DNA of 64,000 nt from Nitrosopumilus sp. (GCA_965205215.1 OZ242041.1:768001-832000), one strand, 5' to 3'. Shown: positions 1 to 10,594, counted from the stretch's first letter. Notes: generated by a model not told the origin, from the letters alone. Made by a program: numbers and translations.

Positions 1-61
1 ATAGGGCTGACCGCGGCCGGATGATGCAGCACGCCCGCAGGCCGCTTACATCGTTATAGAA

Positions 62-70
62 TATTTATAC
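62..70 (+). promoter_or_regulatory. archaeal TATA box of the 4-hydroxybutyryl-CoA dehydratase gene
   Basis: TATTTATAC about 25 nt upstream of ATG 92 in a GC-rich background. Confidence 0.6.
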
Positions 71-91
71 GGCAACGTTCCAAATCCGTGT

Positions 92-1627
92 ATGGCGGCC
101 AACGTCCTCAAGACGATCAGGACGGGCGACGAGTACATCGAGAGCCTGCGGAACCGCGATCTCAAGGTGTACCTGTTCGGCGAGCTTGTAAAGGAGCCCG
201 TGGACCACCCGATGATAAGGCCCTCTATCAACGCCGTAGCCGAGACGTACGATCTCGCGGTGCGCGAGGAGGAGCTGGCGTCGGCCGAGTCCGGCATCAC
301 GGGGCTGCGCGTCAACCGCTTCCTGCACATTGCAGAGTCGGCCGAGGATCTCGTGCTGCAGAACAAGATGCAGCGCAAGCTGGGCCAGAACACGGGGACC
401 TGCTTTCAGAGGTGCGTCGGGATGGACGCGCTCAACTCACTCCACTCCACCACGTTTGAGATAGACGAGAAGCACGGCACCGACTACCACAAGCGCTTCT
501 TGGAGTTCGTAAAGATGGTCCAGCGCGAGAACCTGGTGATAGGCGGCGCCATGACCGACCCCAAGGGCGACCGCAGCAAGGGGCCGTCGGAGCAGGCGGA
601 CCCCGACCTGTTCACTAGGATAGTCGACCGCGACGAGCGCGGCGTGTACGTGTCGGGAGCAAAGGCGCACCAGACGGGGTGCATCAACTCGCACTGGATA
701 ATACTGATGCCCACGGTCAGGCTCACGGAGACTGACAAGGACTGGGCCATCGTGGGCGCCGTCCCGGCCGACGCCGAGGGCATCACTTACATTTACGGCA
801 GGCAGTCCTGCGACACGCGCAGCATGGAGGGCGGCGAGGGAATCGACGCGGGAAACGCAAAGTTCGGGGGCCAGGAGGCCCTGATGGTGCTTGACAGGGT
901 GTTCATCCCGTGGGAGCGCGTCTTCATGCACGGCGAGCACGAGTTTGCCTCTATGCTGGTGGAGCGCTTTACGTGCTACCACAGGCGCAGCTACGTCTGC
1001 AAGACGGGGCTTGGCGACGTGCTGATAGGCGCCGCGGCCTCTATGGCCGAGTACAACGGCGTCCCCAAGGTGTCCCACATCCGGGACAAGCTTGTGGAGA
1101 TGACGCACCTCAACGAGACCATATTCGCGGCCGGCATAGCGTCGTCGCACCAGGGGCACCGCATGAAGTCCGGCGTGTACCTCAACGAGGACATGCTCGC
1201 CCAGGTCTGCAAGCACAACGTCACCAGGTTCCCGTACGAGATAGGGAGGCTTGCGCAGGACATAGCGGGGGGGCTGGTAGTTACGTTGCCGTCCGAGCGC
1301 GACCTGCGCCACCCGGAGATCGGCCCCATACTTGAAAAGTATCTGGTCGGCCGCCAGGACATCCCCGTCGAGGAGCGGGTGAGGATGCTGCGCCTCATAG
1401 AGAACATGACCCTCGGGCGCAACGCTGTCGGGTACCTTACAGAGTCGATGCACGGGGCCGGCTCGCCGCAGGCCCAGCGCATACAGATACAGCGCCAGAT
1501 GCAGCTGGAATACAAAAAGGACCTTGCAAGGAACCTGGCCGGCATACGCACCAAGGACGACGCAGAGACAAAGGAGCAGTCCGAGTACTTTAAGCGCATA
1601 TTCAAGACCGACGACTCGATAATCTGA
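92..1627 (+). CDS. abfD: 4-hydroxybutyryl-CoA dehydratase (3HP/4HB carbon fixation cycle)
   Basis: 511 aa; GTCFQRCVGMD FeS motif, AMTDPKGDR, CYHRRSYVCK, MHGAGSPQAQ. Confidence 0.95.
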   Translation: MAANVLKTIRTGDEYIESLRNRDLKVYLFGELVKEPVDHPMIRPSINAVAETYDLAVREEELASAESGITGLRVNRFLHIAESAEDLVLQNKMQRKLGQNTGTCFQRCVGMDALNSLHSTTFEIDEKHGTDYHKRFLEFVKMVQRENLVIGGAMTDPKGDRSKGPSEQADPDLFTRIVDRDERGVYVSGAKAHQTGCINSHWIILMPTVRLTETDKDWAIVGAVPADAEGITYIYGRQSCDTRSMEGGEGIDAGNAKFGGQEALMVLDRVFIPWERVFMHGEHEFASMLVERFTCYHRRSYVCKTGLGDVLIGAAASMAEYNGVPKVSHIRDKLVEMTHLNETIFAAGIASSHQGHRMKSGVYLNEDMLAQVCKHNVTRFPYEIGRLAQDIAGGLVVTLPSERDLRHPEIGPILEKYLVGRQDIPVEERVRMLRLIENMTLGRNAVGYLTESMHGAGSPQAQRIQIQRQMQLEYKKDLARNLAGIRTKDDAETKEQSEYFKRIFKTDDSII

Positions 1628-1680
1628 GCCCGCCTGGAGCAGGGTACGGACAGCTACAACTGCCAGTCATTTGCGCGCCG

Positions 1681-2493
1681 TTATGGCGCGGCGGCATCGT
1701 CGCCGTCCTTGTCCCGTCCGGGCCTGCCGTCCGGACTTTTGGACTCTTCGCCGCCTTTCTCCTGCGGCCCGTCCTCCACGTATTCCGGGTCGCCGCCATA
1801 TCCGGATGCAGCCGGCCCGTCCGCACCATCTTGGCCTGCATCCGGGACTGCGCCATCGCGCCCCGGAGCATCGGCCTGCAGCCCGTCGGCATCTCTCTTG
1901 TCCGTGTCTGTATCGTCGCCGACGACATCGTCACCAGTTCCGTCTTCGCCGTCCCGGGCCGCGCCAGAAAAGACGGCCTTGCCGTCGTCCTTCTTTCTTG
2001 CCAGGAGCTGCTTTGATATCATCACCCCTATGATGACTGCTATTATGATATAGTTGACAGGTGGCTTTAGCGCCTGCGTTACGTATCCTATCTGGGGTAT
2101 CACGTGCTCGACCTTGCCGATATACTCTTTCTCCGTAATGGGAAAGTCCGTCCCCGGTATGGAGGCCCTGTTGGCGTCGCCCTTTGTGCGCAGAGTTCTG
2201 GGATCGTCGTCTATCACGTTTGCAACCCTGTGGACTATGACCCTGTTGTGGTCAGACGGCCTGTCGAACACGATGACGTCGCCTATTCCCAGCTCGTCAA
2301 ATGGATGGTTTCCCTGCACTATGAGCACGTCGTATATCTCAAGCTCGGGCACCATGCTTCCGCTTGCCACCACGTAAAACGGGTTTGGCATGCCGAATAC
2401 GGCGTACAGCCCCGCCCACACTATGATTATTCCCGCTATGACTATGCCGGCATCTCGCAGGATGCCCCTCGGTATTGAACTTGATGCTGACAA
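1681..2493 (-). CDS. signal peptidase I (archaeal Sec11/SipW type) with acidic C-terminal extension
   Basis: N-terminal TM, VVASGSMVP catalytic Ser, IVHRV, TKGDAN, second TM. Confidence 0.9.
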   Translation of the reverse strand: MSASSSIPRGILRDAGIVIAGIIIVWAGLYAVFGMPNPFYVVASGSMVPELEIYDVLIVQGNHPFDELGIGDVIVFDRPSDHNRVIVHRVANVIDDDPRTLRTKGDANRASIPGTDFPITEKEYIGKVEHVIPQIGYVTQALKPPVNYIIIAVIIGVMISKQLLARKKDDGKAVFSGAARDGEDGTGDDVVGDDTDTDKRDADGLQADAPGRDGAVPDAGQDGADGPAASGYGGDPEYVEDGPQEKGGEESKSPDGRPGRDKDGDDAAAP

Positions 2494-2533
2494 CTGACTG
2501 ATCGTTTTTCGCCGGGGCTGCCAATATCAACCA

Positions 2534-3436
2534 TTACAATTTGGCGCCGCATTCTTCGCAGAACCTAGAGCCTTCCCTGTTCTCAAATCCGCAGCTGCCG
2601 CATCTGCCGCTGTTTCCGCCGTCGGCCGTCTCCGCTGTTGCCACCACGGATGCGTCTGCCGGGCCACCGCTTCCAAGCAGTACTATCTCCCCTACCTTTC
2701 TGACGCGGCTCCACGGTATTGCCTCCTCGCCCCCGCCGTCCTTTGCTATCACTAGCACCATTGCATTTGCAGAGTCTATGCCAATTCGGTTTACAATCCC
2801 GATCTTTATCGCATTCTCATCGTATACCGCCCTTCCGTTGATGTCGCTGACCCCGGACGCATCAGATGGCGCGTCGGCCGGTTGCGATTGCTGCTGTGTT
2901 TGTGGCGGCTGTTCTGCCACCTCTGGCTGCGGCGGCGACGGCTGTTGCGGCGCGGTGGTGGCAGTAGTAGGCGGCACAGATGGCGTTGGCACAGATGGTG
3001 ATGGCGCTGGCGGCGGCGCAGGTGGTGTCTCGACTGCCACCGTCGGCGTCGGAGCTACGCTTGGCTGCTGCTCTTGGCCCTGCAGCTGCTCCGCAGCCAG
3101 GCCCGCCGCCTGCTCGTCTTCCTTTCTGAACTCCCTGTACTCTGCGATTGTGCTGTTGCACACCTTGCAAAAGTACCTGCCCTTCTCAACCAGTGTCAGG
3201 CCCTGGGCGACCTCCTCGTTGGGGTTCTCGTAATGTATCTCCGGGGATCCCTCGTACTCCTTGTCGCACATGTTGCACATGTGCTTTGACATCCTGTCCG
3301 TGTCCATCCTGCAGAGGGGCGCCAGAAACAGGTCGGGGCCTCCTATGCTTGCCTTTGTCTGCTGTTCGTCAGTCAGGGCCGCTACCACGTAGCCGCCGGA
3401 TCCTCTGAGCTTTTTGACCCTGAGTTCCGAACTCAT
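2534..3436 (-). CDS. zinc-ribbon / PRC-barrel domain protein
   Basis: CxxC pairs at N-terminus, Pro/Gln linker, PRC-barrel-like segment (GRAVYD...IPWSRVRKVGEIVLL), C-terminal CGSCG...FCEECG. Confidence 0.75.
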   Translation of the reverse strand: MSSELRVKKLRGSGGYVVAALTDEQQTKASIGGPDLFLAPLCRMDTDRMSKHMCNMCDKEYEGSPEIHYENPNEEVAQGLTLVEKGRYFCKVCNSTIAEYREFRKEDEQAAGLAAEQLQGQEQQPSVAPTPTVAVETPPAPPPAPSPSVPTPSVPPTTATTAPQQPSPPQPEVAEQPPQTQQQSQPADAPSDASGVSDINGRAVYDENAIKIGIVNRIGIDSANAMVLVIAKDGGGEEAIPWSRVRKVGEIVLLGSGGPADASVVATAETADGGNSGRCGSCGFENREGSRFCEECGAKL

Positions 3437-3575
3437 GATCTGCCATCATAAAGTAGGGATTTAAGCATATGCGGCACTCTTGTGATCATCTTCCTTCTCG
3501 GGCGCGGGCGCCCCCTCCCCGGCCCTGCAGTCCGGGCTGTCAAGGTTTTTAGGTAGTAATGCTGTGAGGGGTTGC

Positions 3576-3902
3576 ATGGGCACCATACCAATCAAGGATG
3601 CGCAGACTTGGGAGTCGGAGGTAATCAACTCTGAGATTCCCGTATTCGTGGACTTTTGGGCAGAATGGTGCGGCCCGTGCCGCATGGTCGGCCCCGTGGT
3701 AGAGGAGCTGGCAGGCGACTATGACGGAAAGGTCAAGTTCGTCAAGGTCAACATAGACGAGGCCAGCGAGCTGGCCTCCAAGTACCAGGTGTACAGCATC
3801 CCCACCCTGTTCCTCTTCAACAAGGGCGAGGTGGTGAAGCAGCAGATCGGAGCCGCATCCAAGGAATCCTATCAGGGCATGATAGACGGAGTTCTTGCGT
3901 GA
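3576..3902 (+). CDS. trxA: thioredoxin
   Basis: FWAEWCGPC and SIPT motifs; start set at ATG 3576. Confidence 0.95.
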   Translation: MGTIPIKDAQTWESEVINSEIPVFVDFWAEWCGPCRMVGPVVEELAGDYDGKVKFVKVNIDEASELASKYQVYSIPTLFLFNKGEVVKQQIGAASKESYQGMIDGVLA

Positions 3903-3948
3903 CGCGCGCAGCCGATCCTAAAGTAATTAATACAGTCCGCGCCGGAGC

Positions 3949-4524
3949 ATGGCCATGTCGTTTGGCGAAGTGGATACGCTCAACATGCTGTTTGAAAAGC
4001 TCAGCAGCCTCTTTGACGAGTCCCAGGGGTATTACGAGTCGTTTCTTGACACCAACAACATGTACAAACAGGGCCAGATCAGCGACAAGGAGTTCTTTCA
4101 GAGGCTCGGGGACTACGTGGTCGCGTACTCTGCACTGGAATTTCTTGCAATAAAGGTGCTGTTTGAGATTAAAAAATCGGTGGCCACCGGGTCGGGGGCC
4201 ACGCAGTCGCCGGGGCTGATGCCCGGCATGGGGAGCCCCGGCATGATGCCCGGAGCGGGAGGCCCCGGGATGATGCCCCCGAGAAGCGGGACGGCCCAGA
4301 ATCCTGTGGGAGGCCCCCCCGGAATCGTCTCTGCAAACGAGGCGTTTGGAAACGTGGGCACGCTGCCGTCGCCGGACCCCTCGCTCGTGCACCGGCAGCA
4401 GGCCGGCACCGCGCAGCCTGGTGCGGGCGCCGCTACTCCTCCTCCTTCTGGCGCATGCGCCTCGTGCGGGGCCGCGCTGCGGCCCAACGCAAAGTTCTGC
4501 ACCGCGTGCGGGACGAGGCTGTGA
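3949..4524 (+). CDS. zinc-ribbon domain protein
   Basis: helical N-terminal domain, PGMM-rich linker, C-terminal CASCG...FCTACG. Confidence 0.75.
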   Translation: MAMSFGEVDTLNMLFEKLSSLFDESQGYYESFLDTNNMYKQGQISDKEFFQRLGDYVVAYSALEFLAIKVLFEIKKSVATGSGATQSPGLMPGMGSPGMMPGAGGPGMMPPRSGTAQNPVGGPPGIVSANEAFGNVGTLPSPDPSLVHRQQAGTAQPGAGAATPPPSGACASCGAALRPNAKFCTACGTRL

Positions 4525-4583
4525 TCGCAGCCGCCCCTGGCCGGCGGCGCGCGGGGTTGGTTATTGAAATTTTACAACAAAAC

Positions 4584-4958
4584 TTACTGCGTGGTGCCGC
4601 AGTCCGGGCAGAACTTTGCAGTCTGTGATATGCTGCCGCCGCACTCAAAGCAGAACCTGCCCCTGGCGTCTTCCTTTGGCGCCTCCTCCCTGCCGTAGGT
4701 GTTGCCGTACGTGGCGCTGCTCAGGACCGCCCCGGACGGCTCGTACTTGTCGTCGTCTATCATGACGGGGGCATAGTCCTGCTCCGTTATGAAAGTCAGC
4801 ATCCTTGGCACGCCGTCGGGCTTCTGCCCCTTCGGGTCCGGCACGGTGTCCCCCAGCCAGAAGGCGAACCTCGTGAGCGTGAGCTCGGGGGTGGAAAAGG
4901 CCAGCGTGTGCTTTGACATGTACTCCTGCGCCGCCTTCTTGCCGTCAAAGACCTCCAT
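4584..4958 (-). CDS. zinc-ribbon domain protein
   Basis: MEVFDGKK start; C-terminal FCFECG...FCPDCG. Confidence 0.75.
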   Translation of the reverse strand: MEVFDGKKAAQEYMSKHTLAFSTPELTLTRFAFWLGDTVPDPKGQKPDGVPRMLTFITEQDYAPVMIDDDKYEPSGAVLSSATYGNTYGREEAPKEDARGRFCFECGGSISQTAKFCPDCGTTQ

Positions 4959-5099
4959 GCGCGTCACATCCGGCGCGTGCGTATAAGAGTTTTCAAGCGG
5001 TGCGCGCAGTATCTGCCGCCTCGCGGGGCACGCGCAGCGGTCCCCGAGGGGGCGCGGACCCACCGGCCGCGGGCCCGTACCGTAACATCATGATGATGG

Positions 5100-5174
5100 T
5101 GGTGGACCGGGGGGGATTTGAACCCCCGACCTCCTCGTTGCGAACGAGGCATCATACCCCTAAACCACCGGCCC
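5100..5174 (-). tRNA. tRNA-Ala(CGC)
   Basis: cloverleaf GGGCCGG...CCTCG TTCGCAA CGAGG...GGTTCAAATCC...CCGGTCCACCA; G3:U70 pair; CCA encoded. Confidence 0.95.
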
Positions 5175-5267
5175 TCTGGCATGCTCCGCACAGTCCGCTT
5201 TTATTCATTTTCAACCGCCTCCTGCGTACGCCTCAAGGCATAATAGCGCAGCAGGGCCACGCCAGGC

Positions 5268-6674
5268 ATGGCCACGCACGACACAGTCATCGCCGGATCG
5301 CACGTCGTGCTTCCGGACACCGGGGAACTCTCGGATGCAAACATCGTGATTGACGATGGTATCATATCCGACATTACCACGGACCTGCCGCCGGCCGACG
5401 TCCGCATAGACGGCAGGGGCCTCGTGTCCGTCCCTGGGCCGATAGACCCGCACGTCCACTACGGGGTGTACTCGCCCATCGACAAGGCCGCCCGGACCGA
5501 GTCGCGCGCGGCCGCCATCGGCGGCATAACCACCATGATGCGCATGCTCCGGCTTCCCGGCCCCTTTGACGAGTCGCTGCCCGAGCAGCTCGATGCGATG
5601 TCGGCAAACCACCACGTGGACTATTCCATACACGCGTCGGTCTTTACGCCCGAGCAGGTGCGCACCATGGAGTTCTGCTCTGAGAAGTGCGACGTGAGGT
5701 CGTTTAAGATATACATGAACCTCGGGGGCGAGGTGGGACACGTATACATGGACATGCCGCCCGGCTCCAAGGAGCTGGCGCCCTCAAGCGTCCACGTGGA
5801 TGACCGCATGGTGCGGGAGACGGTAAGGGAGGCCGCGCGGCTCGGCTGCCCCGTGCTCGTGCACGCCGAGGACTATGAGATGTGCGGCTGCGGGATCAAG
5901 ACGGCGCGGCAAAAGGGGCTCGACGGGCTCTCCGCCTGGTCCGAGAGCCGCCCGCCGACGTCGGAGGCAAAGGCGATCAAGACCGTGTCGGGGTTCGGCC
6001 GCGAGTACGGCTGCACCATATACTTTGTCCACGTGGGCTCGGCCGAGGCCCTCGGGCAGATCAGGGCCGAGCGTGCGCTTGGCACCCGCATATACGTGGA
6101 GACCTGCCCCCACTATCTCACGCTGTCGCACGAGGGGAGGGGCGACTACCTTGCAAAGGTGATGCCGCCGATCCGGACGGGCCACGACAGGGACTCCGTG
6201 TGGCAGTCCATATCCGACGGCTCCATTGATACCATAGGGACGGACCACGTGGCAAACCAGCTGTCGCTAAAGCTCGGGGGCGAGGACGTCTGGGGCGCGC
6301 TGGCGGGGTTTCCGGGAGTCGGGACGTCGGTGCCGATAATGCTGCACGAGGGCGTCAACTCGGGCCGCATCACGATCGGCGAGTTTGCCCGCCTGACCAG
6401 CCAGAACACCGCCAGCATATTCGGGCTGCGCGGCAAGGGCCGGATTGCAGTCGGGTGCGATGCCGACATTGCGATGCTGGACCTCAAGCGCGAGAAGAGG
6501 GTCACGTCGGAGATGTTCGGGGGCTTTTCGGACTATTCCGTATACGAGGGCATGACGCTTCGGGGGTGGCCCGTCAGGACGATCGTGCGCGGACAGGTCG
6601 TATCCGACGAGTTCGAGATGGTCGGCAGGCCCGGGTATGGCAGGATGGCAGGGCGCCCCGGCCCGTCGGACTGA
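5268..6674 (+). CDS. cyclic amidohydrolase (dihydroorotase/allantoinase/hydantoinase family)
   Basis: PGPIDPHVH, SFKIYM, VHAED, ETCPHYL, GTDH motifs. Confidence 0.85.
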   Translation: MATHDTVIAGSHVVLPDTGELSDANIVIDDGIISDITTDLPPADVRIDGRGLVSVPGPIDPHVHYGVYSPIDKAARTESRAAAIGGITTMMRMLRLPGPFDESLPEQLDAMSANHHVDYSIHASVFTPEQVRTMEFCSEKCDVRSFKIYMNLGGEVGHVYMDMPPGSKELAPSSVHVDDRMVRETVREAARLGCPVLVHAEDYEMCGCGIKTARQKGLDGLSAWSESRPPTSEAKAIKTVSGFGREYGCTIYFVHVGSAEALGQIRAERALGTRIYVETCPHYLTLSHEGRGDYLAKVMPPIRTGHDRDSVWQSISDGSIDTIGTDHVANQLSLKLGGEDVWGALAGFPGVGTSVPIMLHEGVNSGRITIGEFARLTSQNTASIFGLRGKGRIAVGCDADIAMLDLKREKRVTSEMFGGFSDYSVYEGMTLRGWPVRTIVRGQVVSDEFEMVGRPGYGRMAGRPGPSD

Positions 6675-6729
6675 CGGCCTCTTCCCCGCGTGGAGATGTA
6701 CCTGCCGCGCGCGCCGCGCGACTGCCGCG

Positions 6730-7533
6730 TCATGCCTTGAGGTCCGGGTCCCTTTCGCCGTACGCGTCGGCGCGTCCGGACCTTGCGCGGATCTCCCTGA
6801 ACTTGCCGCGCCTGCCCGCCTTGTATATGACGTCGGGCCTCCTTGCAAAGATTCCGGACTCTGCGACCCCGGGTATGCGCCTTATGGCGCCAGTCAGCCT
6901 GCCGGGATCCCGTATGGTCCCAAAGCCGCAGTCCAGAATGATATTTCCGTTCTCGGTGAATACGGGATACCCAGAGTCCTGCACGCGCAGGACGGGCTCC
7001 CCTCCCATCTCCGCTATCCTTCTCTGGACCAGACGGCGGGCGAGCCTGTGCGCCTCCACCGGGACGGTCCTGGATATGTTCCTGACGAACTTTGTGGCAT
7101 CCGCCATTACTACCACCCTCTGCGCCATGTTGAACAGTATGTTCTCGCGCAGGAGGGCGCCCCCGCCCCCCTTTACCACGTATCCGCTGGCGTCTATCTG
7201 GTCCGCGCCGTCGTATACTATGTCGACCATGTCCGTCTGGTCCGCGCCTATGAGGGGTATCGCGTCACCCACCTCCTCCTCGATTACGAGCTTGATCTGA
7301 AGCGAGGTCGGGACGCCGATTACCCTGAGGCCTCTGTCCCTGACCAGCCCTGCAATCTCCCTTGCGACTGCCGTCGCGGCGCGGCCGCTGCCAAAGCCCA
7401 CCCTCGTGACGTCGTTTCTTGAGGCGGCGGTGCGCGTGACGTACTTTGTCGCATCCCTTGCCGCCGCCCTTACGGCGGCGCCGTATGCGGCCGACGACCT
7501 TGGCGCCATCTTATTCGGACTCCGCCCTGTCAA
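6730..7533 (-). CDS. rpiA: ribose-5-phosphate isomerase A
   Basis: GFGSG, DGADQID, KGGGGALLRE, TENGN motifs; start uncertain. Confidence 0.92.
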   Translation of the reverse strand: MTGRSPNKMAPRSSAAYGAAVRAAARDATKYVTRTAASRNDVTRVGFGSGRAATAVAREIAGLVRDRGLRVIGVPTSLQIKLVIEEEVGDAIPLIGADQTDMVDIVYDGADQIDASGYVVKGGGGALLRENILFNMAQRVVVMADATKFVRNISRTVPVEAHRLARRLVQRRIAEMGGEPVLRVQDSGYPVFTENGNIILDCGFGTIRDPGRLTGAIRRIPGVAESGIFARRPDVIYKAGRRGKFREIRARSGRADAYGERDPDLKA

Positions 7534-8689
7534 GCTTTTCCAGGGTCTTCTTGATGTCGCTTATGGCCTCCTCGAGCTCCTTGTCATCTTCTTCCTCTTC
7601 CTTTCCGTCATCCGCGCCGCCCTGAATGCCGCCGTCGTCACCGGTGAGCCTTGCCGCCTCGCCCTCGTCTTGTTTTGGCGGCGTGACCTTGCCGCCTGCA
7701 ATCGCCGCCGCCGCTGGGGAGGGCAGCGTGGCGGGCCCGGGCTTGTCTGCCGCGGCATCTTTCGTGCCCGCGGTGTCGGGTATGGTTTTGGGCACTATCG
7801 CAGTTGCGACGTCGGGTACGATCAGCGATGACACGTCTGGCATCTTTTTCTCCTCCTCCTCTTTCTCTACTGCCGCGGATTCCTTTTCTGGCGCATCCTC
7901 TTTCTGTACGGCAGCGGGCTTTTCTACCGGGAGCTGCTCCTGCAGGCTCTGCCTCGGCTGCTGAATAATCTGCTCCTGCCTTTGCGTCACCGGCGCTTCT
8001 GTTGCGGCCTGCTGTTCTGCTACCGCCGCCGCAGGTACCTTCTTTTCGTCCGTCTTTATCCTGAACTCTGGTTTTTTCGCGGCAGGGATGCTCGTAAGCG
8101 TGGTAATCTCAAACGGCCTGACGCGCTTCTGCCCTGGGATCGGCATGTCTGGCACAACCTTGGTGTCTGCCGCCGCCACAGTTGGCGCCACCGTCGTTGG
8201 CGCCGCCGCCGCCGCCACGCCCCCTGCGCCTCCCGTACCCTGCGCCCCCGCCTTCCCGGGCGCTATCACCTTTTGCTGCACCGCCTTGATGTCGGCCACG
8301 GCCGACGATATGTCGTAGATCTTTGCGTCCAGGCCCGACAGCTTTTGATCCATCAGCGTGATCAGCCCGTCCCCGACGGGGCCCAGGTCCGGATGCCTCT
8401 TCGCGTCCTCCATCTTTTCAAGCCTTGCCATCACCATCCCCATCTGGCGCTGGTACCTGGCAAGCAGCCCCTCCTTCTGCTCCCTGGGCATCTCCCACTC
8501 TGCCTGGTACAGCCTAGTGATTGTCTTTGCAAGCACCTCCTTCTCCATTTTCAGGGCCTTTATCTGGCTCTGGATCTGGGAGCTTGCGCCCAGCGTGAGG
8601 ATCTGGCCGCTGCTGCCCGTCCTCGCCCGCACTGCCGCCGCTGTGGCAATTCCTGCTAGCGAGCTTAGAAGAAGGGCAATCTCCTGCAT
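7511..8689 (-). CDS. hypothetical membrane-anchored coiled-coil protein
   Basis: hydrophobic N-terminus, coiled coil, low-complexity middle, acidic helical C-terminus; downstream of rpl37e. Confidence 0.7.
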   Translation of the reverse strand: MQEIALLLSSLAGIATAAAVRARTGSSGQILTLGASSQIQSQIKALKMEKEVLAKTITRLYQAEWEMPREQKEGLLARYQRQMGMVMARLEKMEDAKRHPDLGPVGDGLITLMDQKLSGLDAKIYDISSAVADIKAVQQKVIAPGKAGAQGTGGAGGVAAAAAPTTVAPTVAAADTKVVPDMPIPGQKRVRPFEITTLTSIPAAKKPEFRIKTDEKKVPAAAVAEQQAATEAPVTQRQEQIIQQPRQSLQEQLPVEKPAAVQKEDAPEKESAAVEKEEEEKKMPDVSSLIVPDVATAIVPKTIPDTAGTKDAAADKPGPATLPSPAAAAIAGGKVTPPKQDEGEAARLTGDDGGIQGGADDGKEEEEDDKELEEAISDIKKTLEKLDRAESE

Positions 8690-8690
8690 T

Positions 8691-8858
8691 CTACGTGTAC
8701 CACTTTATCCAGGAATACTTTCTGCGCTTTGCGTCGGGAAATCCGCAGCTGGCGCACCTGTGGTGTCGCTTGTGGAGCGAGTTCTTGCCGCAGCGCCTGC
8801 ACCTTATGTGCACCTTTTTCTTTGTAAAGCCGCCCATTGATGTGGTGCCCTTTACCAT
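8691..8858 (-). CDS. rpl37e: 50S ribosomal protein L37e (not in ORF track)
   Basis: manual translation [55 protein letters not shown]; canonical lsm-rpl37e linkage. Confidence 0.95.
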   Translation of the reverse strand: MVKGTTSMGGFTKKKVHIRCRRCGKNSLHKRHHRCASCGFPDAKRRKYSWIKWYT

Positions 8859-8871
8859 TGCACGCCACCCA

Positions 8872-9111
8872 CTACTGATGCGATGCCGGGGGCGGGGATA
8901 TCATCACCACGTTGTCGCCCCTCACCACGATGGAGCCCAGGCTCTCCGCCTCGCCCTCCGCGGGTATCTCCTCAGAGGCGTCAAGCAGCAGGTTCATGTG
9001 CTGGTCAAAGCCGAGCAGGTTTCCCCTGATGGTCTTGTTCCCCTTTAGCTTTATCAGTACGACCTGGTTGATGCTCTCATCAAGCACCTTTACTGCCATA
9101 TCAACGGACAT
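8872..9111 (-). CDS. Sm-like (LSm) RNA-binding protein
   Basis: [10 protein letters not shown] Sm1 motif, VVRGDNV Sm2 motif. Confidence 0.95.
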   Translation of the reverse strand: MSVDMAVKVLDESINQVVLIKLKGNKTIRGNLLGFDQHMNLLLDASEEIPAEGEAESLGSIVVRGDNVVMISPPPASHQ

Positions 9112-9169
9112 CTTTCTCGACTTTGGGGCCTTTCGCTAGTATATTAAAATTTACGGCGTTCTTTTATGA

Positions 9170-10594
9170 TCAGTATGGTGAGACGCCGTCCATCCCAAGC
9201 AGCATCTTGGCGTACTCGGCCACGATGCCGTCGGCCTCGCCCTGGGTGGGGGCCTCGGCGTACACGCGCAGGGCCGGCTCGGTGCCGCTTGGGCGCACCA
9301 GGACCCACCTGTCGCCGGCATCCGACAGCAGGACCTTGAGGCCGTCGGAGTCGTCCGATACGTCCAGCTCGTCCCTGAGGCGTTCCATGACGGACCGCGC
9401 GGTGCTGCCGGCACTCCTGCCGCCACCGCCGACATTCTCCGCGCACCTCACCTTTGTCTTTGCAGTATACGAGGGGGGCAGCCGGCCGGCGTGCTGCGAC
9501 AGCGTGATCTCGGAGCTTGCCAGCGCGTCGAGCATGAGCGCCAGCGTCATGCATCCGTCGCGGACCGCGTTGTGCGCCCCGTACATGAACCCGCCGTTCT
9601 CCTCGTATCCGATCAGGGCGCCGGTCTCCCTCATGCACTGCGAGACCTCGACGCTGCCTATCCTGGTGCGTATGACGTCGGAGCCGAACTCGGCGGCCAC
9701 CTTTTCTGCCGACGAGCTGGAGTTGAGGCAGGTTGCAATGCTCGAGCCCCTGCTGCCTCCCAGTATGTGCCTTGCAAGTATGAGGGCCGAGCGGTCGCCT
9801 ATCACTACGCCGCCGGCCTCGTCGCAGAATATGCTCCTGTCCCCGTCGCCGTCAAACGCGACCCCGAGGTCGGCGCCGCTGCGCACCACCTCCCGGGACA
9901 GCTGCGAGAGGTTCTCCGGCGTGGGCTCGGGGCCCCGCCCCGGGAACCGGCCGTCCACGTCCTGGTTTATCACCGTGTACCGGCAGCCGAGCATGCCGCA
10001 CAGCTCCGCGGCAAACGGCCCCTGCGCGCCGTTTCCGGAGTCTATCACGACCCTGAGGCCCCTTGCCGATATCGCCTGTCTGTCGACCCGGGACGCCACG
10101 TCGGACACGTAGTCAAACTCCCGCGCGGATGATATGGCGCCCCATCTCTCATTCCCCGCCGCGCGGACCCCCCCGGATGTAATCATGTCCTCTATTCGCA
10201 GCTCGTCTTGGCGGGATACCTCGATGCCGTCTGACGCGACTGCCTTGAGCCCGTTGTATTCAGGCGGGTTGTGCGACGCCGTAATCATTATCCCGCCCGC
10301 GTACTGCGGCTTCTTTCTTACCTCGTACTCGAGGCAGGGGGTTGACAGCATGCCGGCAACCGCGCAGTCTATGCCCGCGTAGCTGAGCGCGGCCGACACC
10401 GCGCTGCATATGAGCGGCCCCGTGCTGCGCCCGTCGTATCCTACCAGCACCGTTGTGCCGCCGCCCTCGCCGCCGCGTGCAGACGCCAAGAGGTGGGCGC
10501 CTATCGCCGCCGCCGCGATGCATGCAAAGTCGAGCGTAAAGAATCCGCGCCCTGGGATCCCGCGTATGCCGTTTGTACCAAAGTATGTGCCCAC
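9170..10594 (-). CDS. phosphohexomutase (PMM/PGM/GlmM family)
   Basis: FGTNGIRG, ITASHNP, DGDGDR, RPSGTEP; probable GTG start at 10594. Confidence 0.92.
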   Translation of the reverse strand: MGTYFGTNGIRGIPGRGFFTLDFACIAAAAIGAHLLASARGGEGGGTTVLVGYDGRSTGPLICSAVSAALSYAGIDCAVAGMLSTPCLEYEVRKKPQYAGGIMITASHNPPEYNGLKAVASDGIEVSRQDELRIEDMITSGGVRAAGNERWGAISSAREFDYVSDVASRVDRQAISARGLRVVIDSGNGAQGPFAAELCGMLGCRYTVINQDVDGRFPGRGPEPTPENLSQLSREVVRSGADLGVAFDGDGDRSIFCDEAGGVVIGDRSALILARHILGGSRGSSIATCLNSSSSAEKVAAEFGSDVIRTRIGSVEVSQCMRETGALIGYEENGGFMYGAHNAVRDGCMTLALMLDALASSEITLSQHAGRLPPSYTAKTKVRCAENVGGGGRSAGSTARSVMERLRDELDVSDDSDGLKVLLSDAGDRWVLVRPSGTEPALRVYAEAPTQGEADGIVAEYAKMLLGMDGVSPY

